This document shows, piece by piece, positions 27,664 through 40,161 of a DNA stretch of 64,000 nt (positions within the stretch are counted from its first letter, which is position 1; every line of letters starts with the position of its first letter). The translations under genes and the position numbers were made by a program. Source of the stretch: Eledone cirrhosa (Eukaryota); the NCBI GenBank assembly GCA_964016885.1, contig OZ024743.1, positions 288,052,001 through 288,116,000 on the forward strand. Reading direction: 5' to 3'. The notes under the pieces are model-generated. The model searched no databases. It was not told where the DNA came from and saw only the letters and a program-made list of their open reading frames with translations.

Positions 27664-28242
27664 ATAAAATAACAGCAGGCTGGACTTATGTAAATCCTTG
27701 AAAGGTTTATTATACTATGATCATTTCAATGATCGGGTTCCGTATGAATCCGGTGATATCATCAGGTATTCGAAATATAATAAATGCATGTAACAGATAA
27801 AATCAATGGGGCAGAAAATCATAGACCCGAGGACCTAGCATCTTCCACTTTAGCCGGTCGCCCTCAAGACTTGAAGGCGACCGGCTAAAGTGGAAGATGC
27901 TAGATGGTCGATCGTCCTCGGGTCTATGATTTTCAGCCCCATGGATTTTATCTGTTACATGCATTTATTATATTTCGAATACCTGATGGTATCACCGGAT
28001 TCATACGGAACCCGGTCATTGAAATGATCATAGTATAATAAATCTTTCAAGGATTTACACAAGTCCTGCCTCCTGTTATTTTATTATAATATTTAACTCC
28101 GTACTCGCAGCACTGAAACCGGTAAAGGAAATAAATAAACATTCTTAAAAAGACTCCAGCTCCAGTTGCATTTTCGATTTTTTTTCCTTATATTTCCACC
28201 CGTGTAAGACATCTGGTTTTTTTATTGAAAAAACTTCATTTT

Positions 28243-28245
<3 letters not shown>
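27664..28245. mobile_element. Fold-back (head-to-head) PLE pLTR with a hammerhead in each arm
   Basis: About 420-bp palindrome 27664-28085 centred near 27868. The right extension 28110-28245 recurs inverted at 36118-36250. Confidence 0.75.
27712..27769 (-). ncRNA. Minimal type I hammerhead (mirror copy 27979-28036 plus, core CTGATGG)
   Basis: Minus strand ATAC-CTGATGA-[extended stem II]-GAA-ATGATCAT-A-GTAT; palindromic stem III ATGATCAT. Confidence 0.75.
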
Positions 28246-28303
<58 letters not shown>

Positions 28304-28354
28304 ATATATAAATATATTTATATATATATATATAAATATATTTATATATATATA

Positions 28355-28506
<152 letters not shown>

Positions 28507-28514
28507 TATATATA

Positions 28515-28714
<200 letters not shown>

Positions 28715-28725
28715 AATATATATAA

Positions 28726-28800
<75 letters not shown>

Positions 28801-28803
28801 TTC

Positions 28804-30078
28804 GTGATAGAGGGACTCAAATTTATCTTGGAGAACAATTACTTCGTTTTCAATAACAAACCCTACAGGCAGAAATCTGGGACCGCTATGGGAACGAAAA
28901 CAGCCCCTACGTATGCCAACCTAGTCATGGGATACCTGGAAATCACCCTCTACACTAAAGTCCTAAACAAATTTGGAAACACCCTCCACTTACACATTGA
29001 AAGGAACTGGAAGCGATATCTTGATGACTGCTTCATCCTTTGGCACGAAAACATCGAAAAACTTAAAGAATTTCACACCCTTATGAATGGGCTCAACACA
29101 AATATTAACTTCACGATGGAATACAGCCATCAACAACTCCCCTTCCTCGACATCCTCATTAAGATCCATAACAAAAAAATAGAAACAGACATATACTACA
29201 AGCCCACAGACTCCAAGCAATACCTCCCCTTCAACTCTTGCCACCCTAGACACGTTAAAATTAATATTCCCTACAACTTAGCCAAGAGAATCTGTACTAT
29301 AGTCTCCAATAAAAACATCTGCTACTTACGGCTACAAGAACTAAAGGACACACTCATAGGCAGGGACTACCCTGCATCACTAATTGACAATGGAATCCAA
29401 CGTGCCCTAAAACTCAGTACCCAGGACCTTAGACACCCTAAAGTAAATGAACCAAAACTAAAAGCTCTTCCATACATCTCCACACACAACCCCCTCAACA
29501 ACGAGGCCTTTGACACCATCCTCCAGAACATCCCTGTATTGAAAAAGGACCATAGAATGAACCAAATTCTACGAACACACGATATCATAAAGAGCAAAAG
29601 ACAATCCAAGTCAATGAAAAACATCTTAACACATGCCAAAGTACTGCCAACCACAACAACGAAACCCACAGTAAAAAAATGCGATAGACCCAACTGTGGC
29701 ATTTGCATCAACCTAATAGAGGGTTCGGAATTCTATTTCAAAGATGGACAACGTTTTATAGTAAAACACAATTTCACATGTGCATCGGAAAATTTAATAT
29801 ATGTATTAACTTGTTCAGGTTGTCGAGAACAATACATAGGCCAGACCAAAAACAGCCTCCGCCAACGCATGACTGTCCATAGATCCCAAATTAAAATACG
29901 GGAATACAGGAAAATACCACTGAGTGAACACATTGATACCTGCGCCGCCCAAAATCATCCCAACTTCAGAATCTTTCCCCTCTACAAATTTAAAGATAAT
30001 GCCACCCACACCCAGCGCATCAGCAAGGAATCTTACTTCATTAACAAATACGGACCCCGTCTAAACACTTCTCCCTAA
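28804..30078 (+). CDS. 5'-truncated Penelope-like element ORF: RT plus GIY-YIG endonuclease (Neptune-like)
   Basis: [38 protein letters not shown], Cys linker [25 protein letters not shown]; begins directly after (TA)n. Confidence 0.92.
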   Translation: MIEGLKFILENNYFVFNNKPYRQKSGTAMGTKTAPTYANLVMGYLEITLYTKVLNKFGNTLHLHIERNWKRYLDDCFILWHENIEKLKEFHTLMNGLNTNINFTMEYSHQQLPFLDILIKIHNKKIETDIYYKPTDSKQYLPFNSCHPRHVKINIPYNLAKRICTIVSNKNICYLRLQELKDTLIGRDYPASLIDNGIQRALKLSTQDLRHPKVNEPKLKALPYISTHNPLNNEAFDTILQNIPVLKKDHRMNQILRTHDIIKSKRQSKSMKNILTHAKVLPTTTTKPTVKKCDRPNCGICINLIEGSEFYFKDGQRFIVKHNFTCASENLIYVLTCSGCREQYIGQTKNSLRQRMTVHRSQIKIREYRKIPLSEHIDTCAAQNHPNFRIFPLYKFKDNATHTQRISKESYFINKYGPRLNTSP

Positions 30079-30666
30079 GACGAACCCACAACATACACAC
30101 GTCAACATACATACCTACATCAGCACACATCTCTACCCACATATAAACACAATGACACATGTAAACACACATGCTCTATGGTGCAATACAAAAAAATATA
30201 TGTGCATATATATGTATGTATATATGTATACATATGACCCCTTAGCCTTTGTCAAGGCAGAATTCTAGGAGAAGGAAAACTCTGATATAACACCTGCAAC
30301 CCTGATGGTATCCAATGATGTTGACTTGTTCTTCTTTTTGGTAAATATCATCTTGGTTAAGAGAGTGGGACTGGCTTTGTTCAGTGCCTTTGCTCACTAT
30401 AAAAGCTTCACAGCACAGGCATTTCTTTATATCTGGAGATCTCTCTGCACTTGTCATCACATGGTACCATGGGCCCTGCACTATGTGTCAATAATGGTCA
30501 CAAGTGTAGTCTTTGTACCAGAGTTTTCAAGTCGCTGGCTGGACTAAAAAGTCACATTCGTTCAGCGCATCGGTAGGGGTTCTCCTACATGGATATAAAG
30601 TGGTGGCCGTACTCGAAAACGAGTTGGCAGCCACCATATATATATATATATATATATGTAGTGAAA

Positions 30667-30719
<53 letters not shown>

Positions 30720-30915
30720 GTGAATATCATTTCACACCTTTTATTGTTAAGATTGTTGATGTTCTATTAAGAGAACCGATTTTACTGAAAAAATCGAATA
30801 ATGTACACCATTTTACCAGGGGGGGGGGAAATACTGGTCCACCCACACACGCACACACACACACACATATATACACAAACACATACACACGCGTACATCA
30901 ACATACAAAGAGACT

Positions 30916-30950
<35 letters not shown>

Positions 30951-31016
30951 TTCTCCGTATAAGACAAAAGCTGAAAAATATCTTTTGACCTTCGAATGAC
31001 TCTGCTGTGTGTATGT

Positions 31017-31058
<42 letters not shown>

Positions 31059-31179
31059 ATCTTAATAGCCATTTGACACACATCGCTGGTGGCTATTGTC
31101 GCAGCATCGAACACCTTACTACTACTACTACACACACACACACACACACACACACATTTGTTGTGAAAGAGTCATTTCT

Positions 31180-31410
31180 CAATCTTGGCGCAAAACCAAT
31201 TTTTTATCCACATGACCTCTACCGACCAATCAAAATTGTTTTGACCATAATTTTTGCTGGAGCCACTTTTCTAACATTTTAACATAAAAACAGTCTTGGC
31301 GCAAAATCAACTTTTTACATTCACATGACCTCTACCGACCAATCAAAATTGTTTTGACCACAAGCATTTTTACAACACAAAAATAACGCTGGAGCCATTT
31401 TTTTAACATA
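31180..31410. repeat. Tandem duplication of about 112 bp
   Basis: TCTTGGCGCAAAA...CACATGACCTCTACCGACCAATCAAAATTGTTTTGACCA occurs twice. Confidence 0.8.
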
Positions 31411-31685
31411 AAAACAGGTAGAATTCCCAAAACTAATCAGATCAGAGCAAACAGCACGGACACTCTATCTCAAAATTATTTTTGAAAAGCATTTAGAAAT
31501 GCGCAACCGGTAAAAACTTAAAAACTTAAAACCACAACTGAATACTAACCCATACAATCACTAATACTCTTTTATTCCTAATTAAACCATTTTTCAACTG
31601 TGAACAATTTGTCAGCATTTTCTATTCCGTTTACCAATATATAATAACTTGTGTGTTACACCTCTATTCTTTTAACTATATATAT

Positions 31686-31837
<152 letters not shown>

Positions 31838-31945
31838 TAATAATAATAAAATTGAAGACTAAAATCCAGAGAGGGCTCGATAAGGAAAATATATATCAAA
31901 TATATAAGGACCGAAGAGCAAATATTTATTAAAATAACAGATTAA

Positions 31946-31996
31946 AGTTTAAGCAAAGAATCGCTGCTTTCACCCTTAACGGGATCTTCTGAAACT
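31946..31996 (-). ncRNA. Hammerhead-like motif, CAGAAGA variant (inverted pLTR)
   Basis: Reverse complement of 35733-35783. Confidence 0.7.
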
Positions 31997-32682
31997 AACA
32001 AAGTCAATCTGTAAACGCAGAACTGGATATTTCAAAAAACGTTGCAACCGGAGGAAGACAGGAAGACGATACTTTGGTTCATGGTGACGTTCGCTGGCAA
32101 AGAACGGGAAAAACGAATAATACGTCATTAATAGGAGCGGTGAAAGACAATTACGTGCGAGGACAGAACCACGTTTATGGTATAAAAGAGGTCGTAGACT
32201 AATGTTCTCTAAATGGTGCATAGAGACGTTCTCTGGCAATGAACGAAAAAACGAAGATAATAAGTCATATGTAGAGCGTGGAGAACAATAGCGTGCAAAG
32301 ACAAAACCACGTAAATGGTATAGCAGAAGTCGTAGACTAAAATTCTAACTAGGAGACCGAATGAATCTCCGCTACAGAGTTAAGAACAAAGTAAATAAAT
32401 ACAATACAGAAGTAATAGGAACAAATAAATACATACACGCAAACAGATACGTACATACACAAGCATACGCAAAACCTTACCATGGGTATACAAAACCACG
32501 CACATATAAATATGTGTATGTGTGTATGCTTGTGTACAAATAAATAAATAATTATATAAACGTATATAAGTAAATAAATACGTATATAACAAGCGCACAC
32601 ACATCCAGGATTTTAGTCTTCAATTTTATTATTATTACTATTTGGCTCCTTCGGTTGAGCACTCTACTGACTTATATTCATC

Positions 32683-34807
32683 ATGCAGAAACAACATCTG
32701 AATATTTCTACAAAGAACATACCCGTACCAAGCAGGAAAACATACCTAAAACTCCTGATACAGAAAACAGACGCGTTCATTAAAAGGTTGCGTTGGCGTG
32801 CCTTTTATTTCGATAATCCGCGAAAAGCAGAGAACAAGCAGGACAAATTTGGATTTAAAACCTATAATAACCCTCCGTGGAACCCAGCATTGCTACCCTT
32901 CGAAAATGATGTCTTGGAACTCATTCGGAGTATCAAATTTCGGAATAGGAGCAATTCCTTCCAGCAAGACCTGAAGAATAGAATTCGTTCTATTAAGGAT
33001 TCTAACGCCGTGCACGTCCATTCCGACAAAACTGGCAACCTATATCAAGTGGAGCGCAGTACTTACCATCAACTACTACATAATGCTGTAACTAAGGATT
33101 ACCGTAAAACTAATCGGTGTCATCAATGAAATCAACGATGCTGGGTTTAAAATCACATCTGATCTCAACATCCTGGACCGGACCGAACCCCTGGACCCTA
33201 TCTCTTCCCACTTTACCCTGAAGGACCACAAATCCAATTTTCCGAACAACCCCTCTATTCGGCTTATTAACCCTACGAAGTCCGATTTAGGTAGACTTAG
33301 TAAAACGATTCTTGATAGAATTATACCTGAAATTAGAAATTTGGCCCCTCTCGCACTGTGGAACAATTCTTTCGCGGTGATTGATTGGTTCAACGGCATA
33401 TGTAACAAGGAACATTGCCGTTTTATCCAATTCGACATCAACAATTACTACTCCTCCATCACTTTACCACTTCTCCTTAGAGCTATCAATTTCGCTAAAA
33501 CACTCACAGTGGTTAAGGATTTCGAAGTTGATGTCATCCTTGATGCCCGAAAGTCGGTGATTAATTTCGACGATTCTATTTGGATTAAAAAATCCAATAG
33601 TACCCCATTCGACGTGAGTATGGGCGCCAGTGACTCTGCGGAGGTTACTGATCTTATTGGCCTTTTCCTTCTTTTCTCTATCAAGGACGAATTCCCCAAC
33701 GCGGGCGGTGGTTTGTACCGTGACGATGGCCTTTTGACCATGACTAAGTGCGGACCTCGTGCTTGCGACAGATTAAGAAAAGAACTCACAGCCTTCTTTA
33801 AAGGCTTCAACCTCTCTATACAGGTTGAGGCCAATCTCTCGGTCGTTAATTACCTCGACGTTACCCTCAATTTATTGAATGGGTTGCATTACCCGTATAG
33901 AAAGCAGAATGATACGCTTAATTACATAAGTAATTCCAACCATCCTGCCAGCATAACCAAGAACCTGGTAAAAAACGTTTCGTTGAGGCTTTCCCTTCTT
34001 TCCACCAACGAGCGCATTTTCAACGACCATTCCACTTATTACAATGAAGCTCTTGCTCGAAGTGGATTTGTCGATAAGGTAGCATATACAGAGTACGAGA
34101 ATAGACCTAGAAGAAATAGATCCCGTCGCATTTGTTGGTTTAACCCACCATATAATATGGAGGTGGCCACACCATTAGCTAAGATCTTTCTTTCCCTTAT
34201 TACGAAGCATTTTCCCCCTACACATAAATATAGTAACATTATTAATAGAAACACTATTAAAATTTCTTACTCAACGACACCTAACCTTGCACATAACATC
34301 ACAGCTTCAAATTTAGCTAAAATACCTAGCCGTAGGAACACGTGCAACCCTGTAGTTAGTACTAACTGTAATAGTAGGAATCGGGCTGATTGTCCCCTAT
34401 CCGGGAAATGCCTCTCTAGTAACATTGTCTACAAATGTAAGGTTGTAACACCCACGTCCCGTAGGGCCTACATAGGGTTAACCGCCAATAGTTTCAAGCA
34501 GCGTCTTTACATGCATACCCATTCTTTTCGTTACCCTCTAAGAAGGAATATGACGTCACTTTCAGCTTATATCTGGAGTCTAAAAGACAACCACACCCAA
34601 TATAAGTTACACTGGGAGATCCTAGCTAGGGCTAGATCGTATAACGGAAATAAAAGACCATGTGACCTCTGCGCCGCTGAGGCCCTGGAAATACTCTACG
34701 CCACAGACCACATCTTAAACAAAAAATCTGAGGCAATTTCGGCTTGTAAACATAAATTGCACAAAACTTTCCTGTATTACAGCCCTACGTTATACCCTAA
34801 CGGATAG
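32683..34807 (+). pseudogene. PLE RT-GIY-YIG ORF with a single frameshift near 33115
   Basis: Frame 1: FIKRLRWRA, SDKTGN. Frame 2 is open from about 33110: TLKDHK.NF.NNP..RLINP.KS, FDINNYY, MGASDSAE, YRDDG, NYLDV, WFNPP, C..CPLSGKC, IVY..YIG, CDLC..E, CKH. Confidence 0.9.
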
Positions 34808-35732
34808 CACGATCTATACGTGGATATTTACGTCTTGATGTGGGAGCTAAGTATATGTTTTGTTTATTCCTTTACTTATTTGCATAGGTAAGTATATATT
34901 ACCCGTATGTTTTGTGAAGGTATGTATACCTTCTCGTACGTATATTTGACTGTTTTGGCGTATAATTTTTACATATTCTGGTATTTAGGGCTTGGTTATG
35001 TGTATATGGGAGTTTTGCGTCTGCGTGAGTATGCAGGTTCGTACGTATGGTGGGTGTGTGTTTATGTGTACTTCTTGTTTTAGTTGACTTACGTCTCCGA
35101 ACCTTCATGTATTTATTTGTAGGTATGTGTGTGCGCTTGTTATATACGTATTTATTTACTTATATACGTTTATATAATTATTTATTTATTTGTACACAAG
35201 CATACACACATACACATATTTATATGTGCGTGGTTTTGTATACCTATGGTAAGGTTTTGCGTATGCTTGTGTATGTACGTATCTGTTTGCGTGTATGCAT
35301 TTATTTGTTCCTATTACTTCTGTATTGTATTCATTTACTTTGTTCTTAACTCTGTAGCGGAGATTCATTTGGTCTCCTAGTTAGTATTTTAGTCTACGAC
35401 TTCTGCTATACCATTTACGTGGTTTTGTCTTTGCACGCTATTGTTCTCCACGCTCTACATATGACTTATTATCTTCGTTTTTTCGTTCATTGCCAGAGAA
35501 CGTCTCTATGCACCATTTAGAGAACATTAGTCTACGACCTCTTTTATACCATAAACGTGGTTCTGTCCTCGCACGTAATTGTCTTTCACCGCTCCTATTA
35601 ATGACGTATTATTCGTTTTTCCCGTTCTTTGCCAGCGAACGTCACCATGAACCAAAGTATCGTCTTCCTGTCTTCCTCCGGTTGCAACGTATTTTGAAAT
35701 ATCCAGTTCTGCGTTTACAGATTGACTTTGTT

Positions 35733-35783
35733 AGTTTCAGAAGATCCCGTTAAGGGTGAAAGCAGCGATTCTTTGCTTAAACT
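35733..35783 (+). ncRNA. Hammerhead-like motif, CAGAAGA variant (3' pLTR)
   Basis: AGTTT-CAGAAGA-TCCCGTTAAGGGT-GAAA-GCAGCGATTCTTTGC-TT-AAACT. Confidence 0.7.
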
Positions 35784-35823
35784 TTAATCTGTTATTTTAA
35801 TAAATATATATATATAAATATAA

Positions 35824-35964
<141 letters not shown>

Positions 35965-35965
35965 A

Positions 35966-36002
<37 letters not shown>

Positions 36003-36013
36003 AATACATATAT

Positions 36014-36445
<432 letters not shown>

Positions 36446-36706
36446 TTTCTTTATTAACCACAAGGGTTTACATAAAGTAGACATTAAGGACAGTGCAGGA
36501 CAATGCAGGACGGTACAAATGGGCATTTCTGCGTGTAAAAAAACAAAAACAGAGGATGTAACAAAAATAACAATGAAAATAACAATGAAAAAATTCCCCA
36601 ATAGGGGGGAGACTTCGGAGGGACATTTGTGGAGAAAGCCCAGTAAAAAGCCACAATGACCCTGACCACCAAGGCAAGTGCCCTCTCCCAGTTTTCCACC
36701 TTTAGT

Positions 36707-39700
36707 TTACAGATATATACTCAGAGTCGGCCCATTCACTCGGGCCATTCTTGCTTCTCTCACCCATCTTTCAACAAAATGCTGGGAAGAGAGCACTTCC
36801 TTCTCTACTCTGATTTTCCTTTTCAAATGAAATTTGAAAAAGTCAATCAGAGCATCACCGAAGAGGTAAGTGCTCGTCTTCAGCCCTTTCAAACGTGTCC
36901 ACCATACTATCTCTTTCGCCATGGCCACCAGACAGATAAAAACTGCCTGCCCTTCCCGGCTAAAGGAGGAGGGCGGGGCAATCCTCACGATAGACTCAGA
37001 TGATAGCTGGATCCGTCCTAAACGCGACAGCAGGTGTTCGACATAAACCCACAAGTCAGCAATTTTCGGACACTGGACGAGTGCGTGCAGGACGGTTTCG
37101 TCGCCCTGCGCGCATCTCGGACATGCCCGGCTGACGGCACCTCCATGCCTGTAGAGTTTATCCCGAACTGGCAAGGCTCCTCGGTAGCACTGCCAGGCCA
37201 GAGATTTCTGGAAGTTGTCCATAGGCCCTGGCCCGAAAGTTCTTCCGAAGAGATTGGCTAGTTGATTTTCGTCGACGCCTAGAGTTTCCCCAAGTACGTC
37301 GTCGCTCTTCCCCTCCACTAATCCTCTATAGAACGCCGAGGTGGAGTTTCCACCGATCACATTGCCCGATTGGTCGAGGGCTGTGAGCGCCTGAAGACAT
37401 TCCAGTCTCCAGGCGCTCCCTCTCGGTCTTCGCTTGACCCAGGACTGCAGCTCCGTCAAGGAAACGAGCTGGGGAAAAACGCGTCTAGCAAACGGCGACC
37501 ACACCTGATCACCGTCGAGGAAGAGGTGGAGATGTCGTAGCCTGAGCGCGTGCCTGCGCATCATCAGCCACGGCATGCCCAGCCCTCCACGTAGCGGGTG
37601 TTGACAACAGATGGACCGCCTGACCATCGGAGCACGTCCCTTCCACAAAAAGCGAAAGAGCAAACGCTCCAGCGCAGTCAGGCGAGGCTTAGGACAAGGT
37701 ACGACGGTTAGGCGGTAGCAGATGACAGACGCGATGTACGCGTTAGCCACCTCCGCTCGACCTTTCAGGGATAGCTTCCTCTCCGCCCATTTCTGGGTGA
37801 GAGAAGCCACCCTGCTCGTCACCTCGTCCCAGTTTTTGTCCGTCTGGAGGTCCGGACCGAACCAGACCCCTAGCAATTTAACCGGTCCGTCCGTCCAGCG
37901 CCCGACGACGCTGTTGGACGGCATGGACCTGCCTCTCCAGGTGCCGAGCTGCAGGCCCACTGACTTTTCCTGGTTGATCATTGCTCCTGTCACCGCTTCG
38001 TATTCTCTTAGTGTAGTGCCGATCGCCTCGATGTGTTTGGCGTTCGACACCACTACGGTGACATCGTCCGCATATGCTGACACGGATCTTCCGCATCCTA
38101 GTTCGCGCGGGACTCCCCTCAACGTCTCCAGTTTGTGCAGTAATGGCTCGAGAGTCAATACGTACAAGAGGGACGAGAGGGGACATCCTTGGCGGACCGA
38201 GCGCATGATGTTGAACGGTTCCGACAGGTGACCGTTCACTCTCACCACAGAGCAGATGTCGCTGTGCATGGCAGCGATCCAGCCTCTGAAGACGGGCCCA
38301 AAGCCAGCCGCCCTCAGGACTGCCGCTAGGTAACGATGGTCGACCCTATCGAAAGCTTTCGACTGATCTAAATTGATCAAGGACCCACCCGTGCCAGGTT
38401 CCCTAGCTACCCTCTCTACGATGTATCGCATGAGGTGGAGGTTGTCGTGGATGGATCTGTCGGGAATGGCGCATGTCTGCGCCTCTCCCACCAGACCACC
38501 AACGACAAGCGCCAACCTCTTTGCTAGCACCTTGGCCAAAATCTTAAACTCTGTGTTTAGCAGAGTTATGGGCCGGAAATTGTCTATGTTATCCCCCTTG
38601 TTCGGATCCTTTCTCAGCAGTGCCACCGCTCCTCGGCTCACAGAACTGGGAATTCTCCCGTTCTGTTGCCAGTTGCAGTAGACGTCCGCCAAGAGGCCTC
38701 CGAACAAGTCTGGCATCTGTACGTAAAGTTCATAGGGCAGACCATCCAAACCAGGCGATTTACCCCTTGTGCAGCCAGTCATTGCCTCCCGTACTTCAGC
38801 GGCTGTTATCGGCTTTTCGCAACACCTCGCCTCAGTGGCCGAGAGCCGCGGCAGCCCGTCGAGGTAGACACTAAAGTCCATCCCTCTACCCGGCCCCCCG
38901 CTGCCCCCGAACAGCTGAGCGAAGTGTCGCTGAAAAGCTTCACACATTTGCCCGGGATCGAGTAGCATGCGCCCGTCGTGGTCCACCAAAGACCGGATCG
39001 TGGCTTTGTTGCCACGACGCGCCTCCGCCACTCGGGCCCATTGAACGGCTTTCGTCCCCTCGTGTCTGAGAGCACGCACCCTAGCTCTGACAACGCAGCC
39101 TTCGTGCTTTGCATTGAAGAATTGGTCAAGGGCCAATTTCGCCGCAAGCACGTCGGTCTCAATGCCTTTGCTAAGCGCCTCGTCTAATTTTCTAACTAGT
39201 TCTCCCTCTGCTCTATTTTTCTCTATTGCTAAAGCCTTACTAAACCTAATCGATTCTATTCTAATCGCTCTTTTCAGAGCAAACCACCACTTGTTGTTGA
39301 CGATGGCCCCCGTCAACGCCCGCTTAACTAGTTCGCTAATCCGGTCTCTGTAGGCCTTGCGCGCTGGTAAGGACGCGTTTAGCTTCCAGTAGCCGGGTCC
39401 TCGTCTATGAAGCCTATCTAAGTCAAGCACACAGATCACGAATTTGTGGTCCGTGTAGCTGACTATCTTGAATTGTGGACAGCCTATGCTAGACCTATCT
39501 ATTTCCCTACAAAATACTCTATCTAGATATGATCTGGATGACCCTATGCGGTTTGTCCAAGTCCACATTGGCACATTCGGGAAATCCAATCGGTACCTGT
39601 CAGACAGTTCAAAACGCCTGAGCAGGTTGGTGAGGCTCTTGCACCCTCCACCCCTATCCGCTAATCCCACACAGTCCCAGCGTGCATCTAAGATCCCGTT

Positions 39701-40126
39701 CCAGTCGCCCACTAACACTAAAGAGCGGGACGTTCCAAGAAAGGTCTCCAGACGCCGGAAGAAATCAGGCCGCCCTGCTCCTGTCGGGGCATAGACGGCC
39801 ACTAGCCTGAAAGCTTGCCCGTCTCCGCTGGTCACGTCCAGCACCACCAGCTTACCCTCTGGGTCCAGGAAGATGGCCCGTATGGCGAGATCCAAACCTC
39901 TCCGAAAAAGTACAGCAACTCCTCCACCGGATCCAGGACGGCTGGGAGATGCGTACACATCGTAGCCGCCGAAGATCGGTGCGAAGGCCCGTGCTTCGGA
40001 GATTCTGGTCTCGCTGATGGCCACTACATCTATGTTTAGTGACCTGAGGTCGTTGAGCAGGTGACCCTGCTTCCATGACGACCCCAAGCCACGCGCATTT
40101 ATGCTGCCTATTCTGAGTGAGGTCAT
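36707..40126 (-). CDS. Tx1-like ORF2: APE endonuclease, reverse transcriptase and C-terminal CCHC (1139 aa, intact)
   Basis: SINARG, SET, VYAP, GDWN, LDR, TDH; GPGYWKLN; KSPGLDG, FRPITLLN, LDQSKAFDRV, RQGCPLS, YADD; CPRC...ETVLHALVQC. Confidence 0.95.
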   Translation of the reverse strand: MTSLRIGSINARGLGSSWKQGHLLNDLRSLNIDVVAISETRISEARAFAPIFGGYDVYASPSRPGSGGGVAVLFRRGLDLAIRAIFLDPEGKLVVLDVTSGDGQAFRLVAVYAPTGAGRPDFFRRLETFLGTSRSLVLVGDWNGILDARWDCVGLADRGGGCKSLTNLLRRFELSDRYRLDFPNVPMWTWTNRIGSSRSYLDRVFCREIDRSSIGCPQFKIVSYTDHKFVICVLDLDRLHRRGPGYWKLNASLPARKAYRDRISELVKRALTGAIVNNKWWFALKRAIRIESIRFSKALAIEKNRAEGELVRKLDEALSKGIETDVLAAKLALDQFFNAKHEGCVVRARVRALRHEGTKAVQWARVAEARRGNKATIRSLVDHDGRMLLDPGQMCEAFQRHFAQLFGGSGGPGRGMDFSVYLDGLPRLSATEARCCEKPITAAEVREAMTGCTRGKSPGLDGLPYELYVQMPDLFGGLLADVYCNWQQNGRIPSSVSRGAVALLRKDPNKGDNIDNFRPITLLNTEFKILAKVLAKRLALVVGGLVGEAQTCAIPDRSIHDNLHLMRYIVERVAREPGTGGSLINLDQSKAFDRVDHRYLAAVLRAAGFGPVFRGWIAAMHSDICSVVRVNGHLSEPFNIMRSVRQGCPLSSLLYVLTLEPLLHKLETLRGVPRELGCGRSVSAYADDVTVVVSNAKHIEAIGTTLREYEAVTGAMINQEKSVGLQLGTWRGRSMPSNSVVGRWTDGPVKLLGVWFGPDLQTDKNWDEVTSRVASLTQKWAERKLSLKGRAEVANAYIASVICYRLTVVPCPKPRLTALERLLFRFLWKGRAPMVRRSICCQHPLRGGLGMPWLMMRRHALRLRHLHLFLDGDQVWSPFARRVFPQLVSLTELQSWVKRRPRGSAWRLECLQALTALDQSGNVIGGNSTSAFYRGLVEGKSDDVLGETLGVDENQLANLFGRTFGPGPMDNFQKSLAWQCYRGALPVRDKLYRHGGAVSRACPRCAQGDETVLHALVQCPKIADLWVYVEHLLSRLGRIQLSSESIVRIAPPSSFSREGQAVFICLVAMAKEIVWWTRLKGLKTSTYLFGDALIDFFKFHLKRKIRVEKEVLSSQHFVERWVREARMARVNGPTLSIYL

Positions 40127-40161
40127 GTTTAAAATAGAGTGGAAAAGATGGGAAAGACCAC

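Noticed and set aside
33127-33129. TGA in the Naiad-like ORF as possible selenocysteine
   Set aside because: Homology continues in a different frame from about 33115, so this is a frameshift, not in-frame readthrough.
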